The translations under genes and the position numbers were made by a program. A DNA stretch of 63,883 nucleotides, filler included, from Hausera hauseri (Eukaryota), in NCBI GenBank assembly GCA_046269625.1. It is 11 parts of 11 records of this genome, joined end to end, with 100 filler letters (N's around TTAATTAATTAA, not from the genome) between each part and the next. Parts side by side here need not be neighbours in the genome. Positions count along the whole stretch, not along the records: positions 57,857 to 63,883 come from JBJURY010151089.1; 10 more parts are not named here. One strand, given 5' to 3'. Every line of letters begins with the position of its first letter. Position 1 is the first letter of the stretch. The notes below the pieces were generated by a model, which worked only from the letters and a program-made list of their open reading frames with translations, did no database searches and had not been told where the DNA came from. Positions 59,700-63,883 of this stretch are shown one piece after another.

Positions 59700-61106
59700 T
59701 AAATTAGAAGTTTGTGTGACGTTGCACATAATAAATAAGTGCCGATTTATAGTAAAACACTTAGACAAAAAGTAAAGTTTAATAGTAATTAACGATTATA
59801 ATTCGTTAATTAACAAGTACAAACTCGAAAGGTCGAGTCTTCCATAGACGCCGATCGGTCTGACTTAATCATTCGTAATCAGATTTTCGAAATGTCGTTG
59901 TATACAGAAAGCCTGAGAACTAATTTAGATAATGTTTTGGAAAATCCAAACCTGAATCTCGGACCCGTGAAGAACATGAAGACTAATTTATCAAATTAAT
60001 CTAGCACTTCGGGCCTACCATGGAGGACGATTTCGATAATAGAATTTAGAGATTTGGATCTACATGCGAGACCCGAATTGAGATTTTATCAGAAAATCAA
60101 TCTTCAATATCAAAGATACCACTGTCATCGGACAACCATAACCATAATTTTTGCAGCTAAATTTACTACAACACAAATTCTGATTCCAAAGTATGTTACT
60201 TAGTTGGTGTTGAAGTATATGTTTATGGTTTCTGCAGTTACTGATCATACTTCAGAATCATTTTCATTCCGACAGCAACCATAAATTCTAAATCTTATCA
60301 CCTTAGTGGTAAGTAATTTTTCCCTTCATTTCAAGGTTTGATATTTATTTAGAAATATTGTATCATCAACGTTTAACGGTAATATCTATTCTTCCAAATA
60401 CTAGTGTTGCGAACGTATTACTGTTCCAACACAATTCCACTTATCCACACAGTATTTATTGACAAAATATTCCGAAGAAACTTAGGTAATGAATCAGATT
60501 TTACAGAGGAACGAGATGGACGACAAAGATTGTTGAATGTTCTGGAAAATGCGGAGGGTAAACAAATTTTGTCTAGTGTTACGTTAATATACATTTTGTT
60601 TCGATCTCCTAGTCTGTCGACATAAATAAGGATAACTAATGCGTTGTTGTAAATAAAGATAATTACCGAAAGAACCGCCATCACTTTATGTACTTTTTAT
60701 AGAATAAATTTATTAAAACGAAATTGCTTCAAATTCAGAGTCTTAGTCAGCAGGACTATGATAATCGGATAATGATTTTAGTAAAAAGGAGGAATATGGT
60801 GCAGACAGACACAAACGTCTCTCGAACCACCCGCGGACTCTCCCTAAAAAGCCCAATTTTGTTTGCTGGAAGTGAAACAGCACGAGCGATCAGATAATGT
60901 TGATGAACCATACCTACACTAACAAAAGTCAGCGTCAAAAGAATGGTTCCAATACAATGGATATTCGACGGTATTTATTGAAATCTTCTGAATGTCATTT
61001 TTCTGAAAATCGACATTGGAAGCGTTCATTAAAACCAATAAAAAGTAAGAGTAAAAAAGAGAACAAGATCTCTAAAAAAGCTATTCGGCAAGCCCTATGT
61101 GAATGA
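59700..61106 (+). CDS. Possible multi-exon gene of unknown function with short introns
   Basis: Short coding-like stretches separated by small GT..AG segments; no family recognised; exon model not resolved. Confidence 0.25.
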
Positions 61107-61700
61107 TAATTTGCAGAAGCCGTATTCCCGTAACTGTGACCTTTAACTACGGATTCAGTTTATACACTTCTTGTGTGATAACCATGTTTAAATATTATAA
61201 TGTTATCTTATTTATTTAAGACTTATTATATCAAGTCACATTATATCACATGGCGTCACAAGCACGATGTTTCAGGACAAGGAAGCAAAATTGACAAAAT
61301 TTAGTGTGAGTGATACCGATATCGAAAGTCATATTAAAAATTGAAAGATTTTTTTCCCATTCGACGAAATCAGTTTGCCGCAAGAAGAAAAATTACGGGA
61401 ATGATTCAATGACTTCTGTCTTGAGTGAGAGGGACGTGATGTAACCATATTTAAATATTATATCGTTATCTTGTTTGAATAATACACCTTTTGGTACTGC
61501 ATTGAATCTTATTTAAGGCTTATTTCAAGTCACGTCATATCACACTTGTCCAATTTCCCCCTATTTGCAAAAATATTTTCCCATTAGGACTTTTTTAGCA
61601 AATAACAAATAGAAAAAAGACAGAAATGTTGCACGAAAGATGTATATTTGACAAAAATGTCACGAAAATCATAAGAACTCAGTCCAGATCATTGAAATAA

Positions 61701-62621
61701 TCATTGATGGTAAGGATTTCTCTGATTGTGATATTGAGAAAATCCCATGTTGTACGCACCGTTAGAATATGGTACACTTGGTTGTTGGAAAGGATTATAG
61801 TTCACAAATGGAATGCCCGTAGGCCGTTGAATAGGGTAGCCGAAATTGGGAGGCATTGACTGAAAATTTACGTACTGTTGACTGACGTAGGGATTATTAA
61901 AATTGGACGGTGAATACTGGAATGGATTTCTGTTAATCGGGGCCACTTGCCGCCTGTTGCCGTTGAACGAATTGAATCGCTGCATTCCACCATTGTTTTG
62001 TTGATAATTGATCTTTGGCACCTTCCTTTTCGTCTGCTTCTTTTTTGATTTTTGTCGTGAATCTCCTAAAACAGTTTTTTGGTACTTTTCTTCTTCGGCA
62101 TCGTCGGAAAACGCAATTTCATCGTCGGAAATGACATTTTTGTCGGCAATATTTCCCATTATTGTGAAATACGCGTTTTCAACTTTAGGTGCACAGAAAA
62201 TCTCGTCATCTTGAGACAGAGACGCACAAGTGTCCGCATCTTTGCATACTACGAGGTAAAACGGCTCTTTTGGTGATCCGAAAATATTATCAATCTAATG
62301 GGTGGTATGAATAACCTAACTATAATAAAACGCACCATTCCGATCATATTTCTGTTAGAATCGAAAACAACAGTGCCGACGTTAAGGATAGGGGTGACAT
62401 TAACGGCTCTCATCGTTACTGAAGGGATTTATAGATTATCTACTACCTACAATAGTTTACCAGTCTGAGTGTCTTCAATTCTATGCACTACGGAGCCGCA
62501 TATCTCTATTTTATCGGATGTCTGTACAAGTTAATATTGCCAACAACAAAACCATCATTACCGATATTCTAATATTTTGCAGTTTCTCCTCCAAATCAAC
62601 CGGTAACATATATTCGAGTTC
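61701..62621 (-). CDS. NAF1: H/ACA RNP assembly factor NAF1 (exons 62562-62621, 62461-62521, 62336-62418, 61701-62294; 5' end unresolved)
   Basis: Spliced PILNVGTVVFDSNRNMIGMIDNIFGSPKEPFYLV (Gar1/Naf1 domain), ISDDEIAFSDDAEEEKY, and a basic then P/Q/N/Y-rich tail; GT-AG introns of 40, 42 and 41 nt keep the frame. Confidence 0.8.
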
Positions 62622-63424
62622 CTGACAATAATGACATTTTAATATTAACCGTTACTGTTTACAATGATTCGTAATTAGTTTTCAAATGAGTTCAGCTTAA
62701 TTAAAAAATGTATAACAGTGACTCTAGACGACACTAGAGAATTAATCATGCAGATGTATTATTCGACTGTATTTGCCATTTTTGCTATTTTGAAGATTTT
62801 TACACAAATTATCTACAATAAAAGGAGTGATCATTTTGTCGTAAAAGGGAAATAGGAGAAGTGCAAAATTACTCATCATAAAATTCCACTTAATAAGTCC
62901 GACTTTGGTGAAGTTAGCTGTTTATTAATGGATTTTTATTACTTGAACATAAGTACTTAGAGAAGTCAATCTCTAAATTCATAATGTACCTTTAATACCT
63001 TATGTATGATTTTAGATATTCTTTAATCACAATAATTAGTGCACGAATTACAGAATATATTTATATTAAGAAATTTGGTTCGTTTGTGCTGCATTATGAA
63101 ATATTAAAAAAAATAAAATATAAAAAAATAAAAAATCTCGTCATCTTGAGACAGAGACGCACAAGTGTCCGCATCTTCATTCCGCATCTCATTCTAGCAA
63201 AGCAACTGACTTTGATGAAAAAAGTTTTACAAGCAATGCTAAAATTGCGCAATCAAAGCTAGGAAATGGCGACGTCATTTTGCATAAATTTCAAATTATC
63301 GTCCTTTCTCTACCACTAATATTTGATATTCTGTCGAACTAAATAATATTGTGTAACATCAGTTGCATATTCACTCATAGCATGGCGTTGCTCAAGTGTA
63401 AAGTTAATACTTAAATAGAATAAA

Positions 63425-63883
63425 GGTGGTCGGACCTTTCAACCCATGACCAAGTTCAACCCTTGTAAATTCTCAACCGCAGCCCTTTCAACCCTTGTAT
63501 ATTCTCAACCGCAGCCCTTTCAACCCTTGTACATTCTCAACCGCAGCCCTTTCAACCCTTGTACATTCTCAACCGTGGACCTTTCAAAACTACATTTTCA
63601 ACCCATATTTCTACCCGCATAGTAAATTATAATATACTCATTAAATATAATTACTAATTTAATTGGCGATTTGCTTCACAATTTGTATTTATATGGAGAT
63701 CGTTTGATTACAGTTGACAATGTAGTTTTAATAAAATATGAATTCAATTCGTAATTTGATATTTTAATTACATTTCAATTTATATATTTTATATTATACA
63801 TAATATATATTATATTTAATATTAGTATATTTAAATTTACTATGCGGGTTGAAATATGGGTTGAAAAAGTACAGTGTTCAAAG
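63425..63883. mobile_element. Foldback-type element: arm with four 32-bp tandem repeats (63455-63582), inner inverted repeat 63595-63628/63834-63867, truncated by the window end
   Basis: TTCAACCCTTGTAhATTCTCAACCGCAGCCCT four times (last copy diverged); 34-bp inverted match with one mismatch around an AT-rich spacer. Confidence 0.75.

Noticed and set aside
63455-63582. 32-bp repeats (and 40-bp repeats at 7470-7596) as CRISPR arrays
   Set aside because: Head-to-tail with no unique spacers, no cas genes, eukaryotic context.

Overview
The window is not one locus. It is 11 eukaryotic contigs joined by artificial ~100-bp linkers (N-run, TTAATTAATTAA, N-run): 1-3951, 4052-14627, 14728-19285, 19386-25504, 25605-29639, 29740-38874, 38974-43609, 43710-48416, 48517-53644, 53745-57756 and 57857-63883. 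The main signal is four contigs (4, 6, 7, 9, all minus strand) that are diverged, decayed copies of one unusual virus-like Ty3/Gypsy retroelement. Its order is: [unknown N-terminal region]-[signal + chuvirus/gB-type class III fusion glycoprotein + TM]-[tail with PTAP/LYPxnL motifs]-PR-RT-RNase H-IN-[second signal + three FN3-like domains + TM]. In contig 4 everything from the glycoprotein TM to the final TM lies in ONE reading frame. A conserved RNA hairpin, a splice acceptor and an accessory ORF (catalytically degenerate REX4/ISG20-like exonuclease fold plus RING finger) follow. The other contigs hold Polinton/adintovirus relics (major capsid, adenain protease, three pPolB copies, TIR-like DNA); a teleost contig (Penelope hammerhead core, Gypsy interrupted by a gag-YR-only Ngaro-like element, NLR-gene 5' exons); a CT-microsatellite-bounded contig with tRNA-Glu and a LINE RNase H relic; a maT transposase relic; and an AT-rich contig with a NAF1 gene with ~40-nt introns and a foldback element. 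All assignments come from motif recognition by eye; no searches were run, and boundaries of decayed features are approximate.
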